A DNA stretch of 63,047 nt, filler included, from Sphacelaria rigidula (lineage: Eukaryota), in NCBI GenBank assembly GCA_964200075.2. It is 11 parts of 11 records of this genome, joined end to end, with 100 filler letters (N's around TTAATTAATTAA, not from the genome) between each part and the next. Parts side by side here need not be neighbours in the genome. Positions count along the whole stretch, not along the records: positions 34,447 to 40,087 come from CAXNAA020025641.1; positions 40,188 to 45,827 come from CAXNAA020025642.1; positions 45,928 to 51,567 come from CAXNAA020025643.1; 8 more parts are not named here. The stretch is one strand, 5' to 3'. The position numbers and the translations under genes are program-made. Below are positions 39,223 to 50,339 of the stretch, piece after piece. The notes beneath the pieces were generated by a model. It ran no database searches and had not been told where the DNA came from. It was given only the letters and a program-made list of their open reading frames with translations. Every line of letters starts with the position of its first letter. Positions within the stretch are counted from its first letter, which is position 1.

Positions 39223-40087
39223 CTAGTCGTGAGTGCTGACTCGATCCTTCTGTTCAAGGTTTTCGAATTTTGAGCAGCCTCCCAAAATGTAGTGTAATGC
39301 TTCACCGCAGTTGCTAATGGGAATTTTAAAATCTCCGAGATCTACGTAGGAATCACCCGAAAAGACGGTTGGCGCTCCTTTTCTTACTGCCTCTACGGGA
39401 GAGAACAGATGTCTCCCAAGACCTGGAACTATCACGGCAGGAAGTTTAACAGAGCGCTTGATTCCTTCAGAATCAGTAACGATGGTGTTGATAACACCTC
39501 TTCCCGTACATTGTAGGAGATGGCGTCCAGCAGTAAGAATGCTCATTGGTGGGTCGAGCTTCACGTAATCAACCATCTCACGTTCGATATTCGGCAATAG
39601 CTGATTATCCAAAAAATGCCCGCTGGAGCCACTGTCAACTGCCATCTTGAAGAAAATCTCGTTGGGTGTACAATGATTGGCAGTGACATGCGAACCTGAA
39701 AGAAGGGAAACCCCGATACCGTTTGACGGTTGACATGAGTCAAGCACAGTTTCGGCCGAAGGTGTCGAAATATGTTGGCCTTGGTCATTCGATGGTACTG
39801 TCGCGGAAGCTGGATCAGCGATGGCAGTGTTGGCTTGGCGTTGATGACCATCGAAGTTGTTGCTGTTGCCATTGCTATTGTTGTTGCTGCAGTTGTTGTT
39901 GCTGTTGTTGTCGTCGTCGCGGTTGTTGTGGTTGCGTTGGCTTCTATAGTCCGAGTCGTTGTGTTTGTCTGTATGGTGAAAACTGCACCATTTGACAGAC
40001 CTGTCCTGGTGGTTTGACTGCCCACTAGAACGGCAGTCACGGGCGTGGTGACCTCTTCTTCCGCACGAGAAGCATTTTCCGCGAAAT
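39223..40087 (-). mobile_element. Ty1/copia remnant: gag C-terminus + aspartic protease
   Basis: ORF 39223-39747 has MAVDSGSSGHF...GRGVI...VIVPGLGRHLFS (copia protease pattern DSG / G-x-G / vPgL..nLfS). An upstream frame reads WCSFHHTNKHNDSD (degenerate Zn-knuckle-like). No integrase or RT follows. Confidence 0.75.
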
Positions 40088-40187
40088 NNNNNNNNNNNNN
40101 NNNNNNNNNNNNNNNNNNNNNNNNNNNNNNNTTAATTAATTAANNNNNNNNNNNNNNNNNNNNNNNNNNNNNNNNNNNNNNNNNNNN
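40088..40187. other. Artificial contig linker
   Basis: N44-TTAATTAATTAA-N44. Confidence 0.99.
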
Positions 40188-40462
40188 GTTTGGACAAATG
40201 GTCTAAGCAACTACGATTTGGTCAAAACCCTGCTTGTGCCTCGCTGATTTTGTCTTCCTCTTCTAGCATCGTTCCTACTCTACCTTTCAGAATCTTACAG
40301 AATGTTTTCCCTACCGTGCTCAGTAGCGTTATCCCTCTATGAGATCCTGGATCAGCCTTGTCTCCTTATTTGAAAATGGTTGACGACTGCTCCTTCTCTC
40401 CACCTTTTAGGTGTGTATTCATTTCTCCGGATCCAGTTGTGCAGCATAACCATCATAACAAC
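40188..40462 (-). pseudogene. Non-LTR retrotransposon (LINE) reverse transcriptase fragment
   Basis: Manual translation: LHNWIRRNEYTPKRWREGAVVN / FK*GDKADPGSHRGITLLSTVGKTFCKILKGRVGTMLEEEDKISEAQAGF*PNRSCLDH. These are LINE RT N-terminal motifs (KKGD, RxITLL, QAGFR) with two stops and a frameshift. Confidence 0.85.
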
Positions 40463-40726
40463 CTGGATTCGTTATTGAGGTTCAACATTTTTGTGAGGTT
40501 CAACTGACCATCGTTTTCACAACACTTTTTCCGGAGAGGTTTTGAATTACGAAAGCGCTTGCGGTCGTGAGGGTGTATGGAAAAGTTGTTGCGAATCCCC
40601 CGGGTGTCGATGAAAACGCCGCCGGAGGAGCAACGGCAGAAAGGAGCCTCGTCGCTCGCGTCCCTTGTGTGACCCCTCCGCCGACGTCCATTGCAAGTCA
40701 CCCGGTCACCCCATCACTGGCAATCA

Positions 40727-41015
40727 TGTGAGCAATAAATATCGTTTTTTACGCGTGTAGTGTAGAGTAGTGCACCTACAGTATACATGCAACATGTAGA
40801 TATGTGGTGGGTCCCGGATTGATTGTTTGGAGGATGACTATTGAATGCGTAACATAATATCGTGTTCGTGAGGAAAATCCATGAAGCTTACTTCTGGTTA
40901 ACGAAGACTGCTGTTTCTAACACTGCTTGAAGTCTTGAAGTCTCTGGAGGCCTGGACAGGGAGGAAGCCTCTGGAGCAGCACTGTAACCTTGTTCTGATT
41001 TCAGGCAGGTTCACA
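40727..41015 (+). mobile_element. 5' LTR of family B (~289 bp)
   Basis: TGTGAGC...GTTCACA terminal IR upstream of gag. No second LTR is available, so the left end is inferred. Confidence 0.6.
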
Positions 41016-41191
41016 ATAAACGTTTATTTAGGAAACTTGTCGTTTCTGGATTGGGTTCTGGACGTCGCACCCGACTGTTTGTAGAACGTGAGGATGCTCA
41101 CGTTGAACAGCAGGGGGGGAGAAGCGGCGTAGAGAGAGGCGCAGGCCACACGAACCCAAGGCGGCTGCGGTGATAAGAGGCTGTTGGAAGG

Positions 41192-42193
41192 ATGGCAGCG
41201 CGAAGGGAAGGGGGCACCAGCGAGACGGTTGATGAGGTGAAGTTTGCAGTAACCGAATTGACCTTGGGTGGATCCTTGAAAGTGCCCGAATATGGGCGAG
41301 AATTCAGTGAGCAAGCTTCCAGACGCTTTTACCAAAGGTATTGCGAATATGAGGAGGCAGTGGGGAAGAGTAACAAAGGTCGGTCTATTAAGTGCGCACT
41401 CTTGACCATGCAAGAGTTGGTGCCAAAGCATATCCAGAACTGCGTGTCTGATATCATCTTTGACGGGTTGCCACTCGACGAAGACGAATGCAGCAAGGGA
41501 TTGCACGCCATGCCAAATGCTGGATCGATATGGAACTTGATCCTCGCGAAGCTGCAGCAGGCGTAAAAAAAGGCCCTTGCCGCACGGTCTGAACCAACTG
41601 CGATGGGTCAAGTAGAAGGGCAATGGAGTTCATTACAGGAGTACTTTGCGGAAAACGCAGGTGCGTAGTGCGTTTCCTTGAATCTGACCGTACGTTCAAG
41701 GCTGGTCCAGCACATATCATTACCAGAGCTATGGTCGCCGGCCTGACCCCACGTGAGTTCAAGAATAAAAGTTCAAAATATATTTTATATGAAAAGGGAC
41801 AGGAAAGAGAGCCCGAGAGTGGTTTATGAGGTAGCTCATGACTTGGCGGGAAAATGGAAAACTGTTGAGGAGGTTGACAAACACCGCCGACAGCAACCGC
41901 AGCTTAGGGAAAAAAGCGGCTCACAAGGCTCAAAACAATTTACATCGCATGCCGGCGCAGCGGCTGCGGCCGCCGCAGCAGGTAGTGGCGGCGCAGGTAG
42001 TGGCGGTAAGAGCTCGAAAAAGCCCCACAAACCTGGTCCGAGCTATGCAGGTTGTTTTGAGAGTGGCGATAAGGGCCACTACAAGAAGGACTGTAATAAA
42101 CAGAGCACACCTGCGGCCGCGGTGAGTGCGTCAGGTGGGCAAGCAAAGTCGTCGTCGCCGCTGCCGCTGCCGCAGCAGCAGCAGCAGCAGTAG
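41192..42193 (+). pseudogene. gag: gag, broken into three ORFs
   Basis: ORFs 41192-41566, 41623-41829 and 41753-42193; degenerate Zn knuckle CFESGDKGHYKKDC. Similar to the gag at 48561-49811 (PEYGREFSEQ vs PDYGEVWAEE; GLTPREFK vs GISPPEFK). Confidence 0.8.
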
Positions 42194-42399
42194 CAACAGG
42201 TCCATGGTCAGCGGGGGGGTGGTAAAGTTCCTGCTCCCACACGAGCTGTTTTCCCAAGGGATGGAACGCAAGGGGTGCTAGTAGTGCGGATAGCATGGTA
42301 CCGCCCCAGCCTTCCGCTCCGGCTCCTGCAGCTCAAACCCAACTGGCGGCGTGACCGGCTCAGGAGTGGACGTCTCAGACAATGCCGGTATGGCGGGGT

Positions 42400-42900
42400 C
42401 TGCACACCGCTGAGGTTGAGATTTACAGGCTGAGGGTGTAATGGTTGACCGCAAGCAGCGATGCTGCCGGGCAGACTTGTCCGTTCCAGGTTCCACAGTC
42501 AAGAACGTCTGCCCTATTACTGCAGTTTTGGACTCGGGGGCTGGCATCACTATCATGTCTGAAAAAGTGGCGGCCCAGTTGTAAGCAGTGTTGCCTGATG
42601 TGTCAGTTGTCACGAGCATGGCTCGTGCACACCCGGTGAAACTAGCTGATGGTAATGTACGGAGTATGCAGTCGAAGACGTGCCTAGTGCACTCTGCACA
42701 CCAGCTGGGGGCCGGTGGTGTTGGATCCATGTCAGTATGCGGTTATGCCAGGTGCCGATGATGTGGTGATCCTCGGGAGCGGTACGCTGGAGGCCATGGG
42801 CATTGACGTGTACAGTGGACTGGACGCATGTGCACGCTCAAGACCCGCGTTGGTGAGAGGTGTAGATACACCTGAATTCTGAGAACGTAGGCGTTTGAGC
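42400..42900 (+). pseudogene. Retropepsin protease (with stops/frameshift)
   Basis: AVLDSGAGITIMSEKV at ~42521; DDVVILGSGTLEAMGID at ~42757. Confidence 0.8.
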
Positions 42901-42976
42901 ATTGAGATTGAGGCGCCACAGGATCCAGGTGGACAAGAGGAGCCTGTGGATCCCTCCGTTGAGCGATTGATGTCGC

Positions 42977-45827
42977 GTGGTTCCGAGATGGACATGTCCA
43001 GAGGAGGAGCCGGCAGAGCGTCGTGTTGCACTGGATCATACAGTACAGGCGGCTGCGGACAAGGGTATGTCGGCGAGCGGCGTTGATAAGCTTCGGGAGG
43101 TTGTTGGGCGCCGTGTCAGCGCTTTTTGGCGGTCACTGCGCGGTGATCCGCCTGCTCGAGTAGAGCCCTTGAAGGTGAGATTCAAACCTGGGGCTAGGGC
43201 AGTCAAGGCGAGCCCGCGGGTGTATTCCCCTGTAAAGGGAACGTGGTTAGCAGGGTGTATGGCGACACTGGTGGCGCTTGAGCTAGTATTTCGCAGCTTA
43301 CAGGCGGTGTGGGCGAGTGCGGCCATGGCGACGCCGAAGAAGTGCGGTTATCGAATGGCGAGTGGTTATCGCGCGGTAAACAAGCAGATTGAAAAGGTTC
43401 CGAATGTTATGCCTACCCACGAGGCGGAGATGATCGACCTGCTGGGCGCTGCGTGTTTTGGAAAGATTGATATGCTGCAGGGGTACTGGCAGATGCCGTT
43501 GGCGGCTGATGCACAAGAATTATTCACGATCGCTTCTCCCGAAGGTCTGTTTACCCCCACACTGGTGCCGCAAGGGGTGTTGAATGCGACGGGGTACTTC
43601 CAAGGCATCATGACAGGATTATTGACCGGACTTCAGTGCAAAGTATGGGTGGATGATATCTTGTGGTGGGGTAAAGATGAGGATGATCTCTTGTGTACAC
43701 TTGACGAGATTTTGGGCCGTGTGGAGGATGCTGGTCTTTTTGCGGCTGCGCACAAGTGCATGTTCTACGACACACAGACCACGTGGTGGGGAAAGGTCTT
43801 TTCAGGTGGTCAAGTGGCTCATGACCGCGAGAGACTGAGCGGGCTGGCCAATCTTAGGCGCCCGCGTATAGCAGGCGAGCTTATGCAGTTCCTGCAGGCG
43901 GTAAACTGGCTGAGAACGTCCCTGCCGCGTCTGGCGGAGGTGGTGGAGCCGCTGCGGGCATTACTGGAGGAACACATGCAGGAGAATGTGCGCCGTACCA
44001 AGCGAGTGGCGTCAAACCGGACAATCGAGGAGTCGGCATGTACGTTCAGGTGTGCTCAGGTGTGGCACGAGGCGCAAGATTTGGTGGCGCATGCCGTCGC
44101 TTTGTCATATCCCAAGCAGGGGTATGAGGTTCTCATGTTTCCAGACGCATCGGATCTACACTGCGGCAGTTTTCTTACGCAGGTGCCGGAGGATGAGCTG
44201 GGTGATATATTGGCGGTGGAAGACATGAGCCATGAGCCGATGGGGTTTCTCAGCGGAACGTTTCGTGGAGCGCAGGTTCGGTGGGCTACGGTGGACAAGG
44301 AAGGCTATGCAGTCGTAAGTATTTTTCGTAGGTTGGAGTATCTTCTCTGGGGTGGGGTACATATCTTTACCGATCATCGTAACCTAGCATACATTTTTAA
44401 CCCTGAGGCGTGCGTTGCATCCGTGCCTAAGACTGCTGCCCAGAGGCTCGAGCAATGGAAGGCTGTGCTCGGGCAGTACGATTACTCCATCAGGCACATT
44501 GCTGGTGAGCGCAACTACTGGGGAGGTTTATTATCAAGGTGTGTAAACGTTCCGGCGGTGTCTGTGCGTGCTGCGGCCGTGTTTGCGAGCGGCCAGCCTG
44601 ATGAAACGCTGCCGTCGAAGAACGCAATTCGTGAGGCCCAAGAGCAGGCTCAGGCCGGGTTTGGAGTGATGGATGCTGGAGCCCCTACTTTTGCAGCAGC
44701 TGTTGGGCGAGTTTCAAAAGACGGTGAGGGTTTGTTTCGCGTGCATGTAGCAGGGCGGAATGTGTTGTGGATCCCGCCGCAAGCAAAAGAGCTGCAAACA
44801 CGCTTGATGATGTGTGCTCACATGAAGGAGGCGGGTCATCGGGGTGTTGTGGCGACACTGCAGCGGCTGCAAGAGTATTGCTGTTGGTTTCAGATGGAAG
44901 CTCATGTGTCGGATTTTGTGAGGAAATGCTTGCATTGTGCGGACTCGAAAGCGGGTGAGATGGTCCCGCGGCCACTAGGAGAGACAGTGCATGGCACACG
45001 GCCCGATGAGGTGATTCATTTTGATTATCTGTACGTTGGCGAAAGTGGCCCGCTGGGCGAGAGCGGCCTGGATGAAGGCGACGGGTGCAAGTACATATTT
45101 TTAATGATGGATGATCTGTGCAATTTCGCGTGGTTTGAGCCCACCGAGTCTTGTACAGCTGCAGCGACTGTGCAGCATCTGCTGGCGTGGTGCAAGGCGT
45201 TAGGTCCGCCGGAGGTCTGGGTTAGTGACACCGCATCGCATTTTAAGAACCATGTGATGCGAGCACTGGAGAAGGCGCTGAAGCTGGACCGGAAGTTCGC
45301 GGTTCCAAACTCGCCGTGGTCAAATAGTACGTGTGGAAGGATGATGCGAGAGGTTGTCCGTACCTTGAAGGCCATGCTGCAAGAAGAGAGGCGCGACGTT
45401 CGTGACTAGGTGGGACTGGTGCCTGCCGTACAGTGGGCATTGAACACGGCATTCCGCGAGCGCTACGCCAGTACGCCATACCATGCGATGTTTGGACGGA
45501 CGCCGCGCACAAGTTTTTCAACCCTGGCATCGTCGACCGGCGGCGAGTGGCGACTTGATCTGCTGGATGAGGACATGCTGCGGGAGAAGGTGGCATCGGT
45601 CGTGGAGGCGCAGCAAGCGTTGCACAAGGAGGTGGCGCAGCGTGTTGAGAAGACTCGTGAACTGCAACGACTTGTAGCTAGTAAGGGACAGTTGCCAAAT
45701 TTCATGGTGGGTGACTATGTGTTGGCTGCGAGGGTTAGGCGCTCAGGTACAACGCCAAAACTCGTAAGTACGTGGACAGGACCGTGGAGGATCGTGGCAG
45801 CGGAGCATCAACATGTGTACGAGATTC
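42977..45827 (+). CDS. pol: pol: RT-RNase H-integrase (810-aa ORF plus in-frame continuation after TAG at 45407)
   Basis: KIDMLQGYWQM, PQGVLNA, WVDD; RNase H FPDAS, DKEGYA, FTDHRNL; integrase H-H-CC (CAHMKEAGH...CLHC), HFDYLY, VSDTASHF; C-terminal GDYVL...WTGPWRI. Confidence 0.95.
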
Positions 45828-45927
45828 NNNNNNNNNNNNNNNNNNNNNNNNNNNNNNNNNNNNNNNNNNNNTTAATTAATTAANNNNNNNNNNNNNNNNN
45901 NNNNNNNNNNNNNNNNNNNNNNNNNNN
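45828..45927. other. Artificial contig linker
   Basis: N44-TTAATTAATTAA-N44. Confidence 0.99.
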
Positions 45928-46097
45928 AACCCTTCGACCGCGGTGCGGGTAGTCCATCTTGATGACACATACTCTTTTCAAGTGAATATTGATGCCGATT
46001 CAGCGGTGACCTACCTATTCTCGCGATCAAAGGGAGGAGAGCTACAAATATGTTCATAGACAACGGTTGATAGGGAACATCATAGAATATTACAAAC

Positions 46098-46360
46098 TAA
46101 CACCAACACTAGCTCCAACCCCGACCCCGACCCAAGGCGCACGAGACCCTCGGGCGAGGAGGGTGCATAGATTCTCCCAGGCCAAGTGTGCGTTGGCAGA
46201 CTTCAAATCGCCGCCTAAAACGCCGATTTTGACAAAAACACGTTCTGGGCGAGCTGAGTCCACTGCTCACCTGCCCCAGACCATGTATGTTTTGGGACTT
46301 TATCGAGTCTAAAACCTTGTAGTCATCCCTATCAACCATTATGTACAAAGATTTCTTCAG
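46098..46360 (-). repeat. Copy of the TTAGGG-containing MITE family
   Basis: Reverse complement of the 52646-52920 type (CCACTGCTCACCTGCCCCAGACCATG). Confidence 0.8.
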
Positions 46361-46377
46361 GTCTACTGCTCTTCATG

Positions 46378-46835
46378 ATCCACTCTGATGCTCGTGTGTA
46401 GTAAGTGTCTCGTCCAGGAGGCTCAACCAGACCTAACCGTCCGTGTCGCCGAACCCAGTCTACACACCGGCACATGCTCCTTTGTACAAGGGTGTGCGTG
46501 CTAGCTTTCGACAGCGGTGCCAACTGCCTCCGCGCACACACCGTACTCCAACATGCCCGCACTCAGGGTGTAGAGACATTACACTGCTCGCAGGCCAGGA
46601 TATGCCTGCACTCAGGGTGTTGACATATTATACTGCTGCATTAGAACAGGGGTAGGTGTGCCTGATGAGCACCGTGTTGACCCAACTCTACCACCACACC
46701 ACAGCCTTGGCCAAGGGTAGCAGTGAGAAAGAATCACTCCTTGAAGGTGATTCCGAACCTACACCCGCCGAAAATACCCTCCCCACGCCGTAACGACAAG
46801 ACCGGTCATGGCCTTCGTCGGAGGACGGGGAATGC
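46378..46835 (+). repeat. ~460-bp dispersed repeat (unclassified)
   Basis: Inverted homologue at 58811-59296 in another contig; internal ~50-bp duplication ATGCCYGCACTCAGGGTGT. Confidence 0.85.
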
Positions 46836-49065
46836 AGCAATAAATACTCTACTCAAACTTTGAGCACGTCTGCTTCAAGGGTCAAATAGCCTCTTGTTAT
46901 ACTACAATCCAAAGTGTCGTGTAACAATTCAACAGGCCCCCGTTAGGGCGGTTCGGATAAACTTTCTCGCTCTCATTTGGATCTTCAACTCTCAATACCA
47001 CGAAAACATTGTTGGCAACAGAACGAACAGGTACGGTAGGAATCTTCACCATGCGAGACAATAAATCTCCCCAAAAAATGCGCTCTCCAGGAATGTGTAC
47101 ACTGACATACTGATGTTGTTGTTGGGCTGCCAGCACCTCCTGCATGTCTTCTTGGCTTGGCTTCACTCCCGGAGACTGTTCCACTTGCGCGTTCACCGCC
47201 TGGTAGTCGCTGACCAAATGGACTGTGTCCCTTTTCGGCGCTGCCTTCGCCGGACTCGCCCACACAGCCTGGATGTTCCTAACCAACAAACCAAACGTCA
47301 CCAAAGCTGCGATGCATGAAGCAAGCCACACGGTCTTCACTTGATCGCAGCGGCGAGGCTTGACCTTCACAGCCTCCTTCATTGGCTCCACGCGCGCTGG
47401 CGGATCACTACGCAGCGCACGACGAAATATATCTGCGCGACGAGCCAAATCATCGCGCAGACAATGTGCGCCATCGGCGCTCAGGCCCTTCTGCTCGGCT
47501 TGCCGCACACTATCCTCAAGCGCACGTTCTCGTGCATCTCTCTCCTCCACAGGGTCAATGAACATGTCCGGCCCCCGATCGACCAAGCTCTCCACCGCTT
47601 CATCAGCAGGAGTCTCCTCCTCATTTGCGCTCTGAAATGACCGTATGGATACGATCACACGCCTTGCAGCAAGGTAACTGGGGTTTTCCACGCCGGTTTG
47701 CACCGGCACAGCACGCGGACGTAACTTATCTAACGCCAGCGGATACGGATCGATCCCGAGCTCCTTCATCGTCGCCATCCCTAAGAGAATCACGTTGTCC
47801 CTACCGGGTGTGATAGCGATAGTAATGGGTTGGAACTCCACAGACCCCCACGGCGTACGCACGCTAACAATAAACGGCACCGTTTTGTGTGTTACCGTGA
47901 CGGGAGCACCCATCGCGGTCTGCGCCGTTTGCGGTCCGTTTTCGAACGGAATCGGAAGCTACGCGCCGCCAGACTGCGAAGACATTTGCTCTAACAATCC
48001 CACACCGATCTACGTGAGCGCGGACCCAGAATCCAGAATAACGCGGGCCATGAACAAACCTACAGAACCAGGCAAGGTTAAATCTGCGCGTAGGCATTCA
48101 GCCTTGCGATCGACAGGTACCACGCCTGCCGAAGAACCCTCTTCTGTCCTAAGAGTCACCTGACGCCAGGGCTGCCCTTCAACACTTGCCATCGATAGCT
48201 GCGAATCGCCGGCCCAATCAGACAAAGTCGCCGGATATTCAGACGACGCTGTTACAGCCGTCGCAGCAGTAGGGAATGCACCAGACACGGATCCTGCCCG
48301 GCCAAGGGGTTGCGAGTTATTCGCTCCAGCACTCCCCACCGAAGTATTTGCATTTCCCACGTACACTGTCCGCCCCGCTACGGACGAACTATAAGATCCG
48401 GAGTCACCACCTGATAACGTAGTGGAAGAACAGCAGCGGAGGAATCATCATCCGCCGCCGATCGCTTGCTACCGCGGCCGCTGCGCCCGCGTCCCTGATT
48501 GGCACGGTCCCGTCCACCGTGACGACCGCCCCGAGATCCTGGTGAATCTCGCGCATTGCCTTATGCAGCGCCTTGAGCGCGAGGCTTGGGGCAGTCCTTG
48601 ATCACATGTCCGGTGCCGCCGCAGTTGTAACACGCGCGAGTGGACGACGCTCGCGAAGACCGCTGCTGTTTCTGTTGCTGTTGCTCTTTGCGGCGCGTAC
48701 CACCTGCACTTTTTTCAGAATCGCGCCGGCCATGTGCATCAATGAACTTCCACTGGTCGGCCGCCTCAAATAATTGTTTGAACACCACCGTCGGGTTTTT
48801 GTTCCGGCCGTCAACATACGTTAGTACCCTCCTGACATACGCCTTGAATTCCGGGGGAGAAATCCCGTCCATCAAAGCTATGGAAACCGACTCGGCGGGG
48901 CCTGGCAACCAACTCCTGTCCCCCGCACGGTACATGGCTTGCACCATGAGGTTTTCTCCAAAACCCGTTCCATATCTGAACTGACCATCATAGCACGATT
49001 CCTGACAGATTTTCCTCCTGCTTTGCTTCATCGTACGTACTCTACGCAGGTCTGCTGCAGCCCGC

Positions 49066-49490
49066 TGTAGACTCTAGTCACCATTGCTACCTAAGGTTAG
49101 GGACATTGTAGGTAGAGTTGCGGGTCTGATTGCCGGACTCTGTGATGGTGACCTCCATGACGAGTAGAGCTGGCTTTGCCAAACTGGTGGAGAGAGGTTA
49201 TGGTCCTGTTCTCCTGTACTATGCTGATGCTTAATACATAGATAACTAAAGCTGCTGAAGTCCATGTGCCCGTGATGGGAGGAGTCTACATAGCAATCTG
49301 ATCTTGAGTGACAGAAGTCTACAATGAACGTTCATTAAGTCCGCTGACTAGCGGTGGGTCCGCTGAAAAGCAGCTGACACTTCAAGATAGGGAAGTCTGC
49401 AGGCTTGATCAGTTTGCAGCAAACAAGACCAGCTCAAGACGTGTTAACATGGCGAGTAGTCTAGTTGGGGCTGTCTCTTAAATCGTCACA
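49066..49490 (+). mobile_element. Family A-derived insertion nested in family C gag, 4-bp TSD CCGC
   Basis: LTR 49066-49323 (TGTAGACT...AGTCTACA) + 5' internal to 49438 + 52 bp ending GTCACA; CCGC at 49062-49065 and 49491-49494. Confidence 0.85.
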
Positions 49491-50009
49491 CCGCGCAGTG
49501 TCATGCTATCCACCGGTTGTAGTGTACCCGGCACGCTGCCTCACAGCATCAAGCAATTCATCTGGGGTCATAGCTTGACCGTCCTTGTACATGTCTTCGA
49601 AGCACCAGTGAATATAGGGGGGAATAAGTTGCCCTATGCTCACTCTATTATGCCGTATAATTCCTTGTCCATTAGCGAGACTCAAACGCCGTATATGATC
49701 AAGATATGCCGAGAAAAAAACGCCTGATACCTCCTCTGCCCATACTTCGCCATAATCTGGCGGCTGTAGTGGCTCATCTAACACCAGCGCCGCTGCCGCC
49801 GCTTGAGCCATGTCGTCTATGCTTCAAAAACTTCACGGAGAAACTCTTGCCTGACTTTTGCGTCCTCCAGCTCACGGAGCGTTCGCCTTTGCTGTACGCT
49901 TTCAGTTGGTCTCCTCCTGTTTGCGGGCTAAATTGGCTCTAAGCTGGAGCCCACTTCTCCTCAGCCACAACTCCTCTGACAGAGTGCCGGAAGAATAATA
50001 TCGAAATAT

Positions 50010-50267
50010 TGTAGCCTCTGCCAGACGATCTGGACAAGAGGACTATTCACGAGGGACTCCTCCAGTAGCAGTGGCCTCGTGCTCGAGAAGTCCTTTCTTC
50101 TCACTTGCTATTATCACGGATTGATCCTCAACAGACCACATCAAGAGTCAGACAGCAAGGGGCCACCCAGATGAGGGTCATCAATCCAGGATCCCCTGTC
50201 CCCTGCGACTGCTTAGATCATGCACACGACTATACTGAAACCTACGGCTTGGTATCATTTGGCTACA
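50010..50267 (-). mobile_element. 5' LTR of family C (258 bp)
   Basis: TGTAGCC...GGCTACA perfect 7-bp terminal IR, ~200 bp upstream of the gag ATG. Confidence 0.8.
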
Positions 50268-50339
50268 GAGTGAAAAGCGGCCAATCAGTGTAGGGATCGT
50301 ATCAGTTCCGAAATGCCCCTTCGTGTGGCCCATTATTCT

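Larger units (their letters stand above)
40727..45827 (+). mobile_element. Ty3/gypsy LTR retrotransposon family B, 3'-truncated by contig end
   Basis: 5' LTR, gag, protease, RT, RNase H and integrase in gypsy order. Confidence 0.95.
46897..50267 (-). mobile_element. Ty3/gypsy family C: 5' LTR, gag, protease, internally deleted pol
   Basis: gag 49811->48561 with CYNCGGTGHVIKDC knuckle; protease ARVILDSGSALT; ORF 46897-47913 runs from the RT start (LVSDYQAVNAQVE) straight into the RNase H end (HIPGERIFWGDLLSR). Confidence 0.9.

Noticed and set aside
49066..49323. Tf1-style complementarity between the PBS-position sequence and an LTR-internal transcript start
   Set aside because: By eye only a 6-nt match (CTTAAT), which is not conserved in the contig-1 LTR copies.
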